Assembly: GCF_009914755.1 (NCBI RefSeq)
Contig: NC_060946.1
Length of the DNA: 64,000 bases
Strand: one strand, 5' to 3'
DNA from: the human T2T-CHM13v2.0 reference genome, Homo sapiens
Shown here: one piece after another, positions 25,862 to 39,368 of the stretch
Layout of the letters: every line of letters starts with the position of its first letter
Position numbering within the stretch: position 1 is the stretch's first letter
Notes under the pieces: model-generated
What the model was told of the DNA's origin: nothing
The model's input: only the letters and a program-made list of their open reading frames with translations
Databases searched by the model: none
Program-made: the position numbers and the translations under genes

Positions 25862-26756
25862 CTGGGGATCACAGGGCAGGGCCACCTCAGGGTCTGGCTA
25901 GGGGCCCACCCTGGGTGTGGGAAGGAAGGGGACACGCAGCTCTCAGCCCTCCAAACCCACCTGACCAGCTCTGCCATGCTGGCCCGGGGCCTCGACCCTC
26001 TCTGGATCTCTGTCTCCCCATCGGCAGAGTGGGTGTGGCCCCACAAGCCCTACCCACCCTCCAGGGAGTATCTGGGGTACAAGTAAGCTAATAAGCTAAG
26101 TGGAGAAGGGTGTGACTGGACAAGTTCAGCCAGGATTATTCCTAAACAAGCACCAGGCACACACTCGTGCTCTGGCCCTCACCCACCATCCAGGGCAGCA
26201 GACGGAGGCCATTCCCAAGACCTACTCCCACCCCCATGACTAGGGGTCTTCAAGGGGCTGAGCCTGGCCCATACAGGTAGACCCTGGGCCCAAGATCTTG
26301 CCCCCAGACCCACACCCCAGCCAAGTGCCCCAACCCCATGAAACGCACTGGCTCTCATCCCCCACTTCCTGTGTGGAACAATGGCCAGGAGGCAGGCCCA
26401 TGCAGCTGCTGACCTGCCACTGACCTGCCGCAGGACACTAAGCAAGCCCTAGGGCCACCAGGCCACACCCTCTACAAATCAAATTAAAGCTGGGGCCCTT
26501 TCCCCAGAAAAATGCTCACACTCAAAATCAGGGGGGCAGTTTTAGGGAGTTTGAGGACCTTCTGGAGGCTGCTCACACACCCTAGACCAGACAACCAGGG
26601 ACAGCCACGTGCTAAGGGCCCTCAGCTCAGAGCTTCAGGCAAGAGGCTACCGGGACTCCATCCAGATCTCAGATCCCTGGTTCTGAAATCCTCAGCTTCC
26701 CAGGCCTTGGGAGGATAAGCAAACAGCAAGAGGGCCTGTTTTCCGGGTCTGACCCC

Positions 26757-26930
26757 CACCCCCACTCCATGTCCACGAGCCCTGGCCCTAGTACCTGCTG
26801 CAGACCCTCCTGACCTCCCCGCAGCCTGTGCCCATGAACGCTGGCCCTGGTACCTGCTGCAGGCCCTCCTGACCACCCCCCAGCCTGTGCCCACAAGCCC
26901 TGGCCCTGGTACCTGCTGCAGGCCCTCCTG
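26757..26930. repeat. 59-bp tandem repeat, 3 copies, spanning the CARD10 exon 4 donor
   Basis: CTGGCCCT(G/A)GTACCTGCTGCAG(G/A)CCCTCCTG recurs with the junction base at 26795, 26854 and 26913. Confidence 0.9.
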
Positions 26931-27116
26931 CAACTCCCGCAGTGACGCCGTCAGCCGCTGGTTCTCAGCACGCAGCTCAGAGACAAGGTCCACATTGTCT
27001 GGCTCCTTCTCCTTCTCCTTCTCCTTCTCCTCTGCCCCAGGGGGCGGGCCCCTGGCCCTTCGAAGCAGTGCACACTCTTCCTCCAGCCGACTCACTTTGA
27101 GCTTGAGCTGATCCAC
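26913..27116 (-). CDS. CARD10: CARD10 coding exon 4 (coiled coil, KE repeat)
   Basis: CTCCAG|GTG ... CAG|GTACCA, 204 nt, with four KE units. Confidence 0.93.
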
Positions 27117-27430
27117 CTGGAGCCCAAGACATGGGTCAGCCCAGAGGGAGACACACTGGGAGCCACGGGTTACAGGGGTGGGAAGACCTGCTCCCTCACT
27201 CCTGGGTGCCTCCCAGATTCCCAGAGAAGCCGAAGCAGGAGTCCTCCCCAGGCTTGTCTATGAAAACAGGACAGGCTGGACAGATATAAAACAAACAGGG
27301 CTGAGGAAGGAGCAGTGGGTAGCAAGGCCAAGGACACCCTCCCAGGGGAATCCACTCTAAGAACTTGTGGGCGGACATGCTGCATCACGACACGCTGTCT
27401 GTCCCGCACTTCTGACACTGACTCCCGTCA

Positions 27431-28069
<639 letters not shown>

Positions 28070-28250
28070 GAAGAAGAAGAAGGAGAAGGGGGTGAGGAGG
28101 AGGAGGGGAGGAGGAGGGAGGGGGAAGAGGTAGAAGGAGAAGGAGGAGGAGGAGAAGGAGAAGGAGGAGGCGGGAGGAGGGCAGAGTGGGAGGAGGAAAG
28201 AAGGAAGAAGGAAGAAAGAAGAAAGAAAGAAGGAGAAAAAAAAAAAAAAC
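28070..28250. repeat. GA-rich simple repeat adjoining the Alu tail
   Basis: GAA/GGA runs. Confidence 0.9.
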
Positions 28251-29159
28251 AGGGTCAGACCCCAGCTCCGTCTCTAGCTCAGTGTGACCCTGGGCAAGTC
28301 ATGGCCCCTCTCTGTGCCTCAATCATCTCATCTGTACGGGGGGGGTGTGAGGGGAGAGGAGAGGGCAATGGTTTTGAGAGTTGAGGGACTCATCCAGTCC
28401 GGGAACCAGATGCTCCCCGCAACAAGCCAACATCTCACCTCAACACACTCTCAGAGACTCAGACTTGGTCTGGTCCACCCTGAAAGGAATTCCTAACAAA
28501 GCCTCCACTCCAGAAGATTTGGCTGTTGGTTCATCTCCCTCAAGAGCTCCAGTTCCAGGGTTCAGGTTTCAATTTTGCTACTTCTAGGCTCTGTCATCCT
28601 GAGCAAGTCACTTACCTCCTCTGGGCCTCAGTTTCCTCATCAGTAAAATGGGCCCAGTCAATCCCCTGGCCCCATCATTTGCCTCCCAAAGGTGTTGCAA
28701 GAATCAAACAAGACAGCAAGTGGGCAGAGGCCTCTAAACTATGAAGGGCTACAGAGCTGCCACAGTGTGACCGTGGCTGTCTTCACAGCTTCAAACAAAA
28801 TCCCATGCCCCTAACCAATCACCAGTTCGGAGTGTGCAGCCAGAAGTTGGCCTGGTATGGGGGGTGGGCAGCTGTGGTGTGACCACCAAGCTGGGAGCAG
28901 ACGTGCATGGCCAGTTTGCTGGACTATGAGTGCACTCAGCCAAGCGTGACGCATGTGGGGTCTGAGGTGGCCAGACAGTGACAAGAGTGGCAGCAGGTGG
29001 CAGGCCATAAAATGAAGTCATTGTTGGGAAAAGGTCACAATGACTTCTGGTGCTACAGTCAGGCATGCAATATTTGGTGCCCTAGGAGTCCCCTGGCCTC
29101 TCTTGGAAAGTGACTTGCTAGTCCCCCAGCCTTGAGAGGTTAGAATGGCACCCCCCCCT

Positions 29160-29160
<1 letters not shown>

Positions 29161-29211
<51 letters not shown>
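29161..29211. repeat. (CA)25 perfect microsatellite
   Basis: Direct reading. Confidence 0.97.
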
Positions 29212-29213
<2 letters not shown>

Positions 29214-29790
29214 GTCTGGAGGCTGGGTCAGGCAATTCTACAAATTAACAGTCCACTCCTCCTCCTCCGCAAGAGACTCAGAAAGAAATTCATGACTCCC
29301 GCATTCCTTTCCACTCACAAAACATGCTTTGTGAACAGCCAGAGAAAGACAGCTCGTTACAAGGACAACTGTGGTCACACCCTCTCAGCAAACCGCAGCC
29401 ACACACCAGGGCCTCCTGCCTGACCCCTGGCCAGCCGGCTTCCCTGATGAGCTCAGAGGACAGGACACCTGGGAGTCTCCGACGAGCAACAGGAAATACG
29501 GATGCATTTAATCCCGGCGTACAAACTCACTGAGCACAAAATTATAGCGTTCGTTCCTTCAGTTTATGTTGCTTAGAAATAACAGCTCATTAAATTTGCA
29601 CCTTATAAAACAGGGTATTAAATCCCAGCCGCCACACACCTGCCTATGGGAGGTGGGGATGCAAGCCGCCAAGCCAGGCACGATCAGGTGCTCTGTTCAG
29701 ATCCATCTGCAACACCTTTGTTAATTTTGGAGCAGAAAAGCTCCAAACATAAATTATAAATTAAGGTAAATTTATAGTAGCTAAGTTTAA

Positions 29791-30100
<310 letters not shown>

Positions 30101-30508
30101 AATTTCACTTCTTAGGTCCCTAAAATAGGAAAAAGCAGCCACTCTGCGTAGAGGCAGATGACCTGCAGACTACAGAGGCACCTCCGACCATCTCTTTTCC
30201 ATCCCCCTCCCCTGTCCCAGCAGCCCCCAGATGGCCACACACGCAGGACATCTCCCAATCGCATCACACCCAACCCAAAGGTGGGACAAGCCGTGAGGGC
30301 TGCAGCCCCTCCCAGTACCCCCAGCCTGCAGCCCTCACGCCGTCCTCTCTAAGCAGTAAATTATTTCTTCTGAGAAAACCCTACAGCAAGCCCCATGTCT
30401 GTTTCAGAAAAAAGGGGAAGCCCTCTGGGTAAAGAAAGGGGAGCACTCCTACCTGCCAGCCACCGCCCCTCAGCAGTGCTGAGAGCCAACTCAGAAATCC
30501 TTCAATCC

Positions 30509-30819
<311 letters not shown>

Positions 30820-31893
30820 TCAATCCCAGGACATTGGGAAAGTGCTCTAACCAACTTCTCTGTGCCTCAGTTTCCTCCTCTAGAAATGGGGAAGATAGTG
30901 TTGTCCACCCCAGCGTAGGGTGGCTGGAAAATTAAAGGGGTCTGTGCATGGCAAGCACTGAGGATGGTATCTATAAAGCACAAGGCCGTTTTATAATTGT
31001 TACATCATCCTTATCTGTGATGAGGATGAGGAAACTGAGGCACAGAAAGGAAAGCCTTCCCCATGCCACATGGTTTTTCGCAGTAGAGCAGGCCTGGGAC
31101 ATGTCCCTGTCCCTGCCCATCACTCCTCAGAAAGCCTCCGTCTCCTGCCACACACCAACCAGGCCCTCGAACGATAGCCTCAAGGTCATCTCACAACCTC
31201 AAACCAGCCACCTACATCCTCAAGCAGGACCAGCAGCCTGGACCCTTCAACTGGTGGCCTCAACACCCCCATCAGGGCTCACCTCCCCAAGATATCGACC
31301 CACCTGGCGTGCACAAACCGAGGACTGGCACACCAGTGCACCCACATCTACAGCCTCACAGCCACCTGCAATGCTGTAGCCACGGCCCAAGGCTCCTGGG
31401 GTAGGGAGGCTTCAAACTCCACGGTCAGAACCCACTGTGCAGCCTCGAGCAACATGGCTGGAGAGAGCCTCCTGCGTGCCGTGCGGCTGGCACTGCTAAG
31501 CCCTTGACGTGGATCAGCTCATTAAATCCTTGGAACAACGCCCTGTGGCAGTCAAATACTGGTATTATCCCCCTGCTGAGTCCCAGTCAGAAACCAAGAA
31601 AGTGAGATGCAGTAGGAGGCACAGCCTCACTTGCTGCTGGAGGGAGTCAGGTGAGACTTCCCCACACAGGGAGTAGGCGGAACAGCAGCGTGGGAAGGGG
31701 GCTGGCACTGGAGCCAGCCGGACCCGGTTCAAATCCAGGCTGTGCCGCTTCCTGGCTCTGTGACCTTGAGCAAGTCCTTTCACTAATCTGAGTCTCAGAG
31801 TCTGTATTTGCAAATGAGGGCTTGGCGTATGGTGCTTTGGTGAGGATTAGAAGACATGATGTTTAACCTATGTGTCTCTTGATAATAATATCA

Positions 31894-32275
<382 letters not shown>

Positions 32276-32299
32276 CAACTTATCAAATCCTCATAACCC

Positions 32300-32510
32300 A
32301 GTGTTTCTTGGCCCCGGCCCTACCGATGTTTTAGGCTAGGTAATTCTTTGCTGGGGACTGTCCTGTGCCCTGCAGGGCGTTTGACAGCATCCCTGGCCTC
32401 TACACACCAGATGCCAATAAATCCCCACTAATTGTGACAACCAGAAATATTTCCCAGACATGGCCAGATGTTTCTAGGGGGTCAGAATCACCCCCCATTG
32501 AGAACCACAG
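32300..32510 (-). mobile_element. MER20 (hAT-Charlie) DNA transposon
   Basis: Reverse complement of MER20 hallmarks: CAGCATCCCTGGCCTCTAC, TTGTGACAACC, TTGAGAACCAC terminus. About 210 bp. Confidence 0.8.
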
Positions 32511-32664
32511 TCATAACCCAATGAAGTAGGTACACCGAGCACTAAAAGGACTTATCCACGTCAAAGAGCCAGCAATGGTGGCTCTGGGACACAGGCTGGC
32601 TGGCTACTACATTGCAAAAGCTGCCCCTTCCCTTGCCTCCCCGACCCATCTCCCCAGGGCCTAC

Positions 32665-32990
32665 CGCCAGCTGCAGGTCACGGCTGCGAAGTACAGCCGA
32701 GTTCTTCTCCTCACTGAGCTGTGCCAGGCGCATGGCGATCATGTAGTTCTCATCCTTGAGCCGCAGCAGCTCCAGGCTGCCCGCCTCCCAGTCCTCCCGC
32801 AGCCGTTGACAGCGCTCCTGAGCCTGCTGCTGGTCCCGCAGCCGCTGCTCCAGCCCTGCCCGCTCCTCCTCGAGCACCCGGCCCCGGGCCTGCAGTTGCT
32901 GCTCCCGCTGCAGCTGGCTCTTGCGAGCTTCCCGCAGCCGTCGCACCTCTGTCATCAAGAATTGGGTCAGGCCCTCAGGCCCCTCCTCAT
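32665..32990 (-). CDS. CARD10: CARD10 coding exon 3 (coiled coil)
   Basis: CTGGCAG|AT ... GCG|GTAGGC, 326 nt. LKDENYMIAMRLAQLSEEKNSAVLRSRDLQL is the CARMA-family motif. Confidence 0.96.
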
Positions 32991-33049
32991 CTGCCAGGAC
33001 AGAACAGGGGACAGAATAGGCAGCTCAGGCAAGTAAAATCCAGGAGATA

Positions 33050-33990
33050 ACATACTGTGTCAAAAAACTCAAACCATAAAAACACTAGAGGGAAATTCTG
33101 GAATATATTTGTAGAATTGGGAGCAGGGGAGGTCTTCCTAAACAACACACAAAATCCAGGAGTTATAAGAGAAAAAAGATGGACAAATCCATATAAAAAT
33201 GTTTAAACCTTTGAAAAATGAAAGATGTAACAAAGTTAATAAGCAACAGAGTGGGAGAAAATATAACAAGAACTCAGAGCCGTAATATATAAAGAGCTCC
33301 TACAAATCAATAAGATCAACAACCAAATAAAAATATGGACAAAAACTATCAATAGGCAAGTCCCAAAATAAAAATAGTTAATAAATACAGGAAAATATGC
33401 ACCAACCTATCAACAATAATTACAGTAGCTACTAATATTTGTTAACTTCATTCTTTGTGCTAGATATATCTTAATCTTTATGACAACACTGTAAGGTAGG
33501 TACTATTATTGTACCCATCTTAAAGACAGAAAAACTGAAGCACAGAGCAGTTATTTACCCAAGGTTTAATAACTAGTAACCTGTGAACTGTATCACTCAA
33601 TGAAATATAAACTTAAAACAATAACATTATTTTTTACATATCAGAATGGTAAAAACGTTTAAACATGATCCCCAGGATTCAAATGGGCCCTTACACATTC
33701 CTGGTAGGAGGTATGTTGATTTAACAGTTAAAATACACAGACTCTTTGAGAAATTCTTCTCAGAACCTCTTCGCCTGAGACACATTTGCACAAAGACGCA
33801 CATACAAGGATGTTCCCGTATCGTTGTAATAATACAAAACTGGAAACCTAGGTATCCATCAACTGGAAATGGGTTAAATGAATTATGTCCTAACTTCACT
33901 AATGAACAGTATGCAGTCACTTAAAACAAGTGTATGTAACAGAGGTGAAAGAATCACTAAAATCAGTTGTTCTAAGAAAAAGCAAAATAC
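33050..33990 (+). mobile_element. Old L1 (L1M) fragments with an embedded MIR-like piece
   Basis: AT-rich block with L1 3' motifs such as AAAGAGCTCCTACAAATCAATAAG. Confidence 0.65.
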
Positions 33991-34048
33991 ACACGTAGGC
34001 GTGTGTGCGTGTGTGTATGTGTTTGTGTTTTTTATATAAAAAAATTCA

Positions 34049-34404
<356 letters not shown>

Positions 34405-34662
34405 TCAGACATATGTCTGAAAACAGTATCACGAAGAAAGAGCCATCTTAAGCATGTGGCTCTGAACTTGGAATAACGGCACTAGCACCCAGCCCCACCC
34501 TCAGCCTACCGTGGGGCCCTGGGCAAGCCCCTTCAGCCTCTCCATGCCTCAGTTTCCCTTACTGTTCAACAGGCATAGTGGGAGCGCCTCCCTAACAGGG
34601 ATGGGGAAAGGAGCCTGTGCACTGGAGTCCGAGGTGCCAGCATCCACCGCAGATCCACTCAC

Positions 34663-34800
34663 CGAGGATCATGGAGCAGCGCTGGGCGGGTTCCTGGCCC
34701 GTGAGCAGCGTGAAGTGTTCGGGGTAGTAGAACTCCAGGGCTTCCAGGAAGGCCTCATAGCCCCTCTTGCCACGGCAGCGCAAGATGTCCATCAGGCGCC
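34663..34800 (-). CDS. CARD10: CARD10 coding exon 2 (second half of CARD)
   Basis: CTCTGTAG|GG ... G|GTGAGT, 138 nt, encoding GRLMDILRCRGKRGYEAFLEALEFYYPEHF. Confidence 0.97.
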
Positions 34801-35657
34801 CTACAGAGTAGTGGGGGGATGTACCCAGGGTCTAGGGGAAGGCCTCCCCAGGTGCCTGGTTGCTTCTGCCCCCACCATGCTCCAGGCCCACGTTCCCCAG
34901 ATTTTTGAGCCAGTGACACACACAGGGGCCTGTCCCAACACATCAGGGAAGAGAAGAGAGCCATTCTGCCACAGCCAGGGGAGCACATTCCCTCATGACT
35001 CCTGGGCTCCCAGAGCTCCCCAACACCCCCCACAGACACAGATGCCGGCCCGCAAATGCAGCCTGCCTTTTCAATGGCACAGAGAAGCCCCCTCTATCCC
35101 CAGAAGCAAAGAAAATACTTCTCCCATTGGCCATGCCTGAAATTCCACCATTAAAGACCATTCCATCATGCCTTTTTGAGTTCTGGTTCAAAGGCACACC
35201 CTGTGGGAGTGGGGACCCACGTAAAGCTGAGACGGATCTTGACACTTGAAAAAGGACTCCCCCAGGAGTGTATGGTGCACAGAGGAGGGGACAGACAGAA
35301 CTCGGAGATCAAAGAGCGCAGGAAAGGTGCCAAGTCCACCGGCTGTGACCGGGAGGTCCCAGGCCCAGCCGGCCCTGGCAGCCACATCCAACCTTCTGCT
35401 CTAATGTGGACCCAGGAAGTGGGAGAGAACCCCAAGAGACAAAACTCTGACCCCGGTGTGGGCAACGCGGACCGCCAAGGCGCAGTGGTGGGTGGGGAGG
35501 AGGCAGGCTGGTGGGCATACCCAGCCGGCCCACTCTACTGATGCGGAGACCGAGCCCCAGGGCAGCAGAGCCCTAGCTTCGCGCTACACGGCTGTGGGCG
35601 CTGCGCCCCAGGGCACGGCCGGCCCAGGTCGTGGCCCACTCGGGACCCGCGGCTCAC

Positions 35658-35892
35658 CGGTGCGGTTGACGCGGCACGGGAAGCGGTAGGTGCTCAGCAC
35701 CTCCTCCTCGTCCTGCTCGTCGATGACCCGGCACTGGCGCAGATACGGCGTGAGCTTGGCCGGGTTCAGGGCGCGAGCCAGCCGATGCCGGACGCCCTCG
35801 ATTCGCTCCCACAGCGCGTCCTCCTCCGCCTCAGACCCCGAGCCGGCCCCGGCCTCCTCCTCGGCCTCCCCCGCCTCCGCCCGGCCCGGCAT
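35658..35892 (-). CDS. CARD10: CARD10 (CARMA3) first coding exon (first half of CARD)
   Basis: ACGGCC-ATG start, MPGRAEAGE...[40 protein letters not shown]. Donor G|GTGAGC, 235 nt. Confidence 0.97.
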
Positions 35893-35909
35893 GGCCGTGT
35901 CCTCAGGGT

Positions 35910-36034
35910 CTGCGGGCAAGAGGCGCACGGGGGTCGACCAGGGCTCCCTAGGGCTAGATGTGCGGCCAAGCACCCCCGGGGCGTCGTCCGCAGACCCGCC
36001 GTCGGGGGCGCGCCCCGAGCTCCCCGCGACTCAC
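35910..36034 (-). other. CARD10: Predicted 125-nt intron in the CARD10 5' leader
   Basis: Consensus donor CGGG|GTGAGT and acceptor CTCTTGCCCGCAG|ACC, 17 nt before the ATG. Confidence 0.65.
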
Positions 36035-37047
36035 CCCGCACGCTACAGTCGCCTCGGGCTCCCGGGTCCGCACTCGGGCGGCGGCTCCGCCGGCGCAGGG
36101 GGGCGGTGCCCGTGGCGCCCCCGGCTCCGCCCCCGTCCCCGCAGCCTCCTGGGCTGCCCGGGCCTCCCCACATTGCCGCCCGCCCCGGGTCGTGCGTCCG
36201 GCCCCCGGCCACCCCGCGCGTCCGTCTGCACGCCCTCCCTCCCGGCCGTCCGGCTGCGCCTCCCCCTGCTTCCTGTTTCCCGCCGGCTCTCCAGCCCGGC
36301 TCGGCGGGGTCCTGGCCGCCCGCCCACACCTGCCCGGCCTCTGGGCGGGGCGGGGGCGGGCAGGCGCGCTCACACCCCCCGCGCGCCGCGACACACCTTC
36401 CCCGGGCCACGCGCATCGCCTCCCCACGCCCACAGCGCGCCCGCCCGTGCGGGGCTAGCCGCTCACGCCCGGCGCAGCCCGCGGGCACTCAAGCTGGGCT
36501 TGCCCTTCTCGGGTCCCCACATGCACTGCGGGCGCGGGAGCTTCCCTGGAGCGCAGGACAGCCCCGCGGGGGACAGCAATGGGCAGAGGTCATGGGGGCT
36601 TTCTGCAAGATGGGGGTCTGAACCTGCAGGGCAGCACTGCCAACTCCCCTCTTACGCAAACTCCCGTGGCACTTGAGGACCAGGGACCCCACAATTCTCA
36701 AAGGGTATTCCTCCAGGTGTTGGTCCCAGAGATGCTGGGGGCGGGCTGTGACTAGCCATCCATACTCCCGCTCCTGCCTGGGAGGCCGGTGGTGTCTTAC
36801 CATGATACTGGCCGAGTCTACACGGTATCTGCTGGTGCATGCGATACAGTCTCGCTATGCATTAGAAGCTGCCAGGTACCTGCTGCCAGGGAGGAACAGA
36901 GGAGGCACAACCGGTACAGGAAAGAGGTGTGAGCTCCCTAATCGCCTTCCACAACTTCTGAATTAGATGCCGTGGACATATGTATTACTTATCCAAAGAA
37001 TTAAGGTTTCAATCAATAAAGGCTCTGAAAAGCCCTGCTTAAATTAA

Positions 37048-37352
37048 GGCCGGGGGCGGTGGCTCATGCCTGGAATCCCGACACTTTGGGAGACCGAGGC
37101 GAGTGGATCACCTGAGGTCAGGAGTTCGAGACCAGCCTGACCAATATGGCGAAACCCCATCTCTACTAAAAATATAAAAATTAGCTAGACGTGGTAGTGC
37201 GCGTCTGTAATCCCAGCTACTCGGGAGGCTGAGGCACGAGAATCGCTTGAACCCAGGAGGCGGAGGTTGCAGTGATATCGTGCCACTGCACTCCAGCAGC
37301 CCGGGCAACAGAATGAGACTCCCCCTCAAAAAAAAAAAAAAAAAAAAAAAAA
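37048..37352 (+). mobile_element. Alu (AluS)
   Basis: Alu consensus. Confidence 0.9.
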
Positions 37353-38805
37353 GCCCCAGCAGTAAAGAAACAGATTTAACTTTATATATCCTGGTGTCCT
37401 TTTCCAAACTTAATTAACCACAGCCTTTTTTTGGTTTGCATTTGTTGTACATTTGTTTTTGTTTTGGGTGTCACCTGTTTACATGCAGAAGAAATGCTTT
37501 GGGAGAACTGAATTCTAGTGCAAATTCCTCAATTAACAAAGGAGGAAGCAGAGCTCAGAGAGGGCAAGGAACTTGCCCAAATTCACACAGCGAGGCCACA
37601 ATGGGAATAGGCCGGAGCCCAGCCCCTGGCCTCTGTCCTCTCCAAGCCCCGAGTCCAGGCACACACCAGACCTCCCTTTCAATACGTCCTTCCCCTCTCT
37701 GTGGCCTTGGTTGCCCTCCCACGCAGAGCGGCAGCTCCTCCCACCAGCAGCCCTACTCCTCGTGAATATTTTTAACTTGGCCAGCAGAGCGGGATGGACG
37801 CCTTGGAAAATGAGGCTATGGTTAATTATTTTTTCATCGAGAAGCTAAGCAGGGCCTAAAGATAAGGCACAGAAGCCAAGAGGTCTCTGCAGATAAGTGG
37901 ACAGAGAAGTGAGGGCACACTGGGTCTGAACAGGCAGGTAGCTGGGTACACCGAGTGCCCCTGGTGCCCAGCATTCCAGGGGAAGCGACAGAGTTCCTTT
38001 GGGTACCACACTCCCACATTCACATGTACAATTATACAGGCATGCACACGCACCATCACATACACATGCACACATACACACCCACCCACTGTGGGCATCA
38101 AGCCAGGCAGGAGGCAGACAGGGGCGTACCCACTTCCCCACAAACATCTGAGCCTCCTCATCTTTCCCCTGTCCCCGGGCGTCCATAGCACCGAGTGTGC
38201 AAGCGTGTGATTAGGTACCATGTTCATTATTGTCCTCTTGTGAGTTCTGCTACATTCATCTTCTCTCTATAGCTATGCCAGGAAGGCGGGCAGGGACTAC
38301 AGCAGGGACACCGAGAATCTAGACTTTGTACCAGGGGCCCTGGGTTCTATCGCGGGCTCACCGCTATGAGTATTGTTCTTCTTTGAGTCTCCATTTCCCT
38401 GTCTGCAAAAGGCAGGCGGTGAGTAGTCCCAGCCACACCTACAAAGGCAGACAGTCCAGGAGTGGAGGGTGCCCTGGAGACCAACATTCAGCCTTAGCTG
38501 CATCTACTCGGACAAATTCCTCCCCCTCTCAACTTCTACATCTGAAAAGTGGACAATAGTCCCCCATGTGCAGGGACTGCCTCTGAGTTGCAGTCTCTCC
38601 ATATGTGAAGTGGGTACAGGAATGTCAGTCCTCTTCCCAACTCATCAAAAGGCATGCCTCCATGTTTCAAACCAGTCTGCGTCCTACTGCCTGTAGCCCC
38701 ACTGGTCCAAGCCACACATGCCCCCACAAACTCCCACCCACAGTGCTATGGGCTATGGTATGTTCTCCACTCTGCAGCCTTAATGATGTTTGTTTGGTTT
38801 GGGAG

Positions 38806-39010
38806 GTTTTTCTTAGACAAGGTCTGGCTCTGTCACCCAGCCTAGGGTGCAGCGGCCCAATCATAGCTCACTGCAGCCTTGAACTCCTGGGCTCAAGCAA
38901 TCCTTCTGCCTCAGCCTCCCACATAGCTGGGACTGCACATATGCACCACCATGCCCGGCTACTTTTTTTACCCTTGGTAGAGAGGGGTCTTGCCACGTTG
39001 CCTAAGCTGG
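38806..39010 (-). mobile_element. Partial old Alu (AluJ-like)
   Basis: Reverse Alu right arm plus part of the left arm. Confidence 0.8.
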
Positions 39011-39368
39011 AAAGAATGATGGTTTTAAAAACATAACAGGTTTTTCTCTGGCTTAAAACCTCTTAATGGTTTCCACCAAACTGGAATAAAATGCAAACTG
39101 CCCCCAGACCCTGCTGGCTCCCCCGCCTCCCACTTCCCACTGCCCCACTCGCTCACTAGTCTCATTCTGTTCTTGGAACCTGTCAGCTTCTTCCACATCA
39201 AGGCCCTTGTCCACCCTGTTGCCTCTGCTGGGACTGCTCATCCCTCCACTCCTGGTACGGAGGGTTCCTTCTAGCTTTTCAGGTCTCAGATCAAATTCCC
39301 CCTCCCTTGATTCAGGAGCACCCTCCAGCAGGGAGTTCCATACACCCCATCCAAGCAATTCTGTGCTA

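Larger units (their letters stand above)
35540..36570. promoter_or_regulatory. CARD10: CpG island / CARD10 promoter
   Basis: About 1 kb of very high GC with dense CpG. Tandem GC boxes GGGCGGGGCGGGGGCGGG at ~36343-36360 and ETS site CTTCCTGTTT at 36269-36278. Confidence 0.9.

Noticed and set aside
26757-26930. Regularly spaced direct repeats resembling a CRISPR-like array
   Set aside because: Whole units are similar (no unique spacers), the context is human and there are no cas genes; it is a minisatellite-type duplication.
35893-35973. In-frame GTG-initiated extension shown in the ORF track (MLGRTSSP...)
   Set aside because: It lies mostly inside the predicted leader intron, has a near-cognate start and is bounded by an in-frame TGA at 36033-36031. 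Possible only in retained-intron mRNA, with no supporting evidence.
36414-36416. Further upstream ATG in frame with the 36173 AUG
   Set aside because: Upstream of the GC-box cluster, so probably not transcribed.
35690-36676. Long + strand ORFs (328 and 278 aa) antisense to the CARD10 start
   Set aside because: Pro/Arg/Gly/Ala-rich products expected from stop-codon scarcity in a CpG island; non-ATG or unsupported starts and no domain signature.
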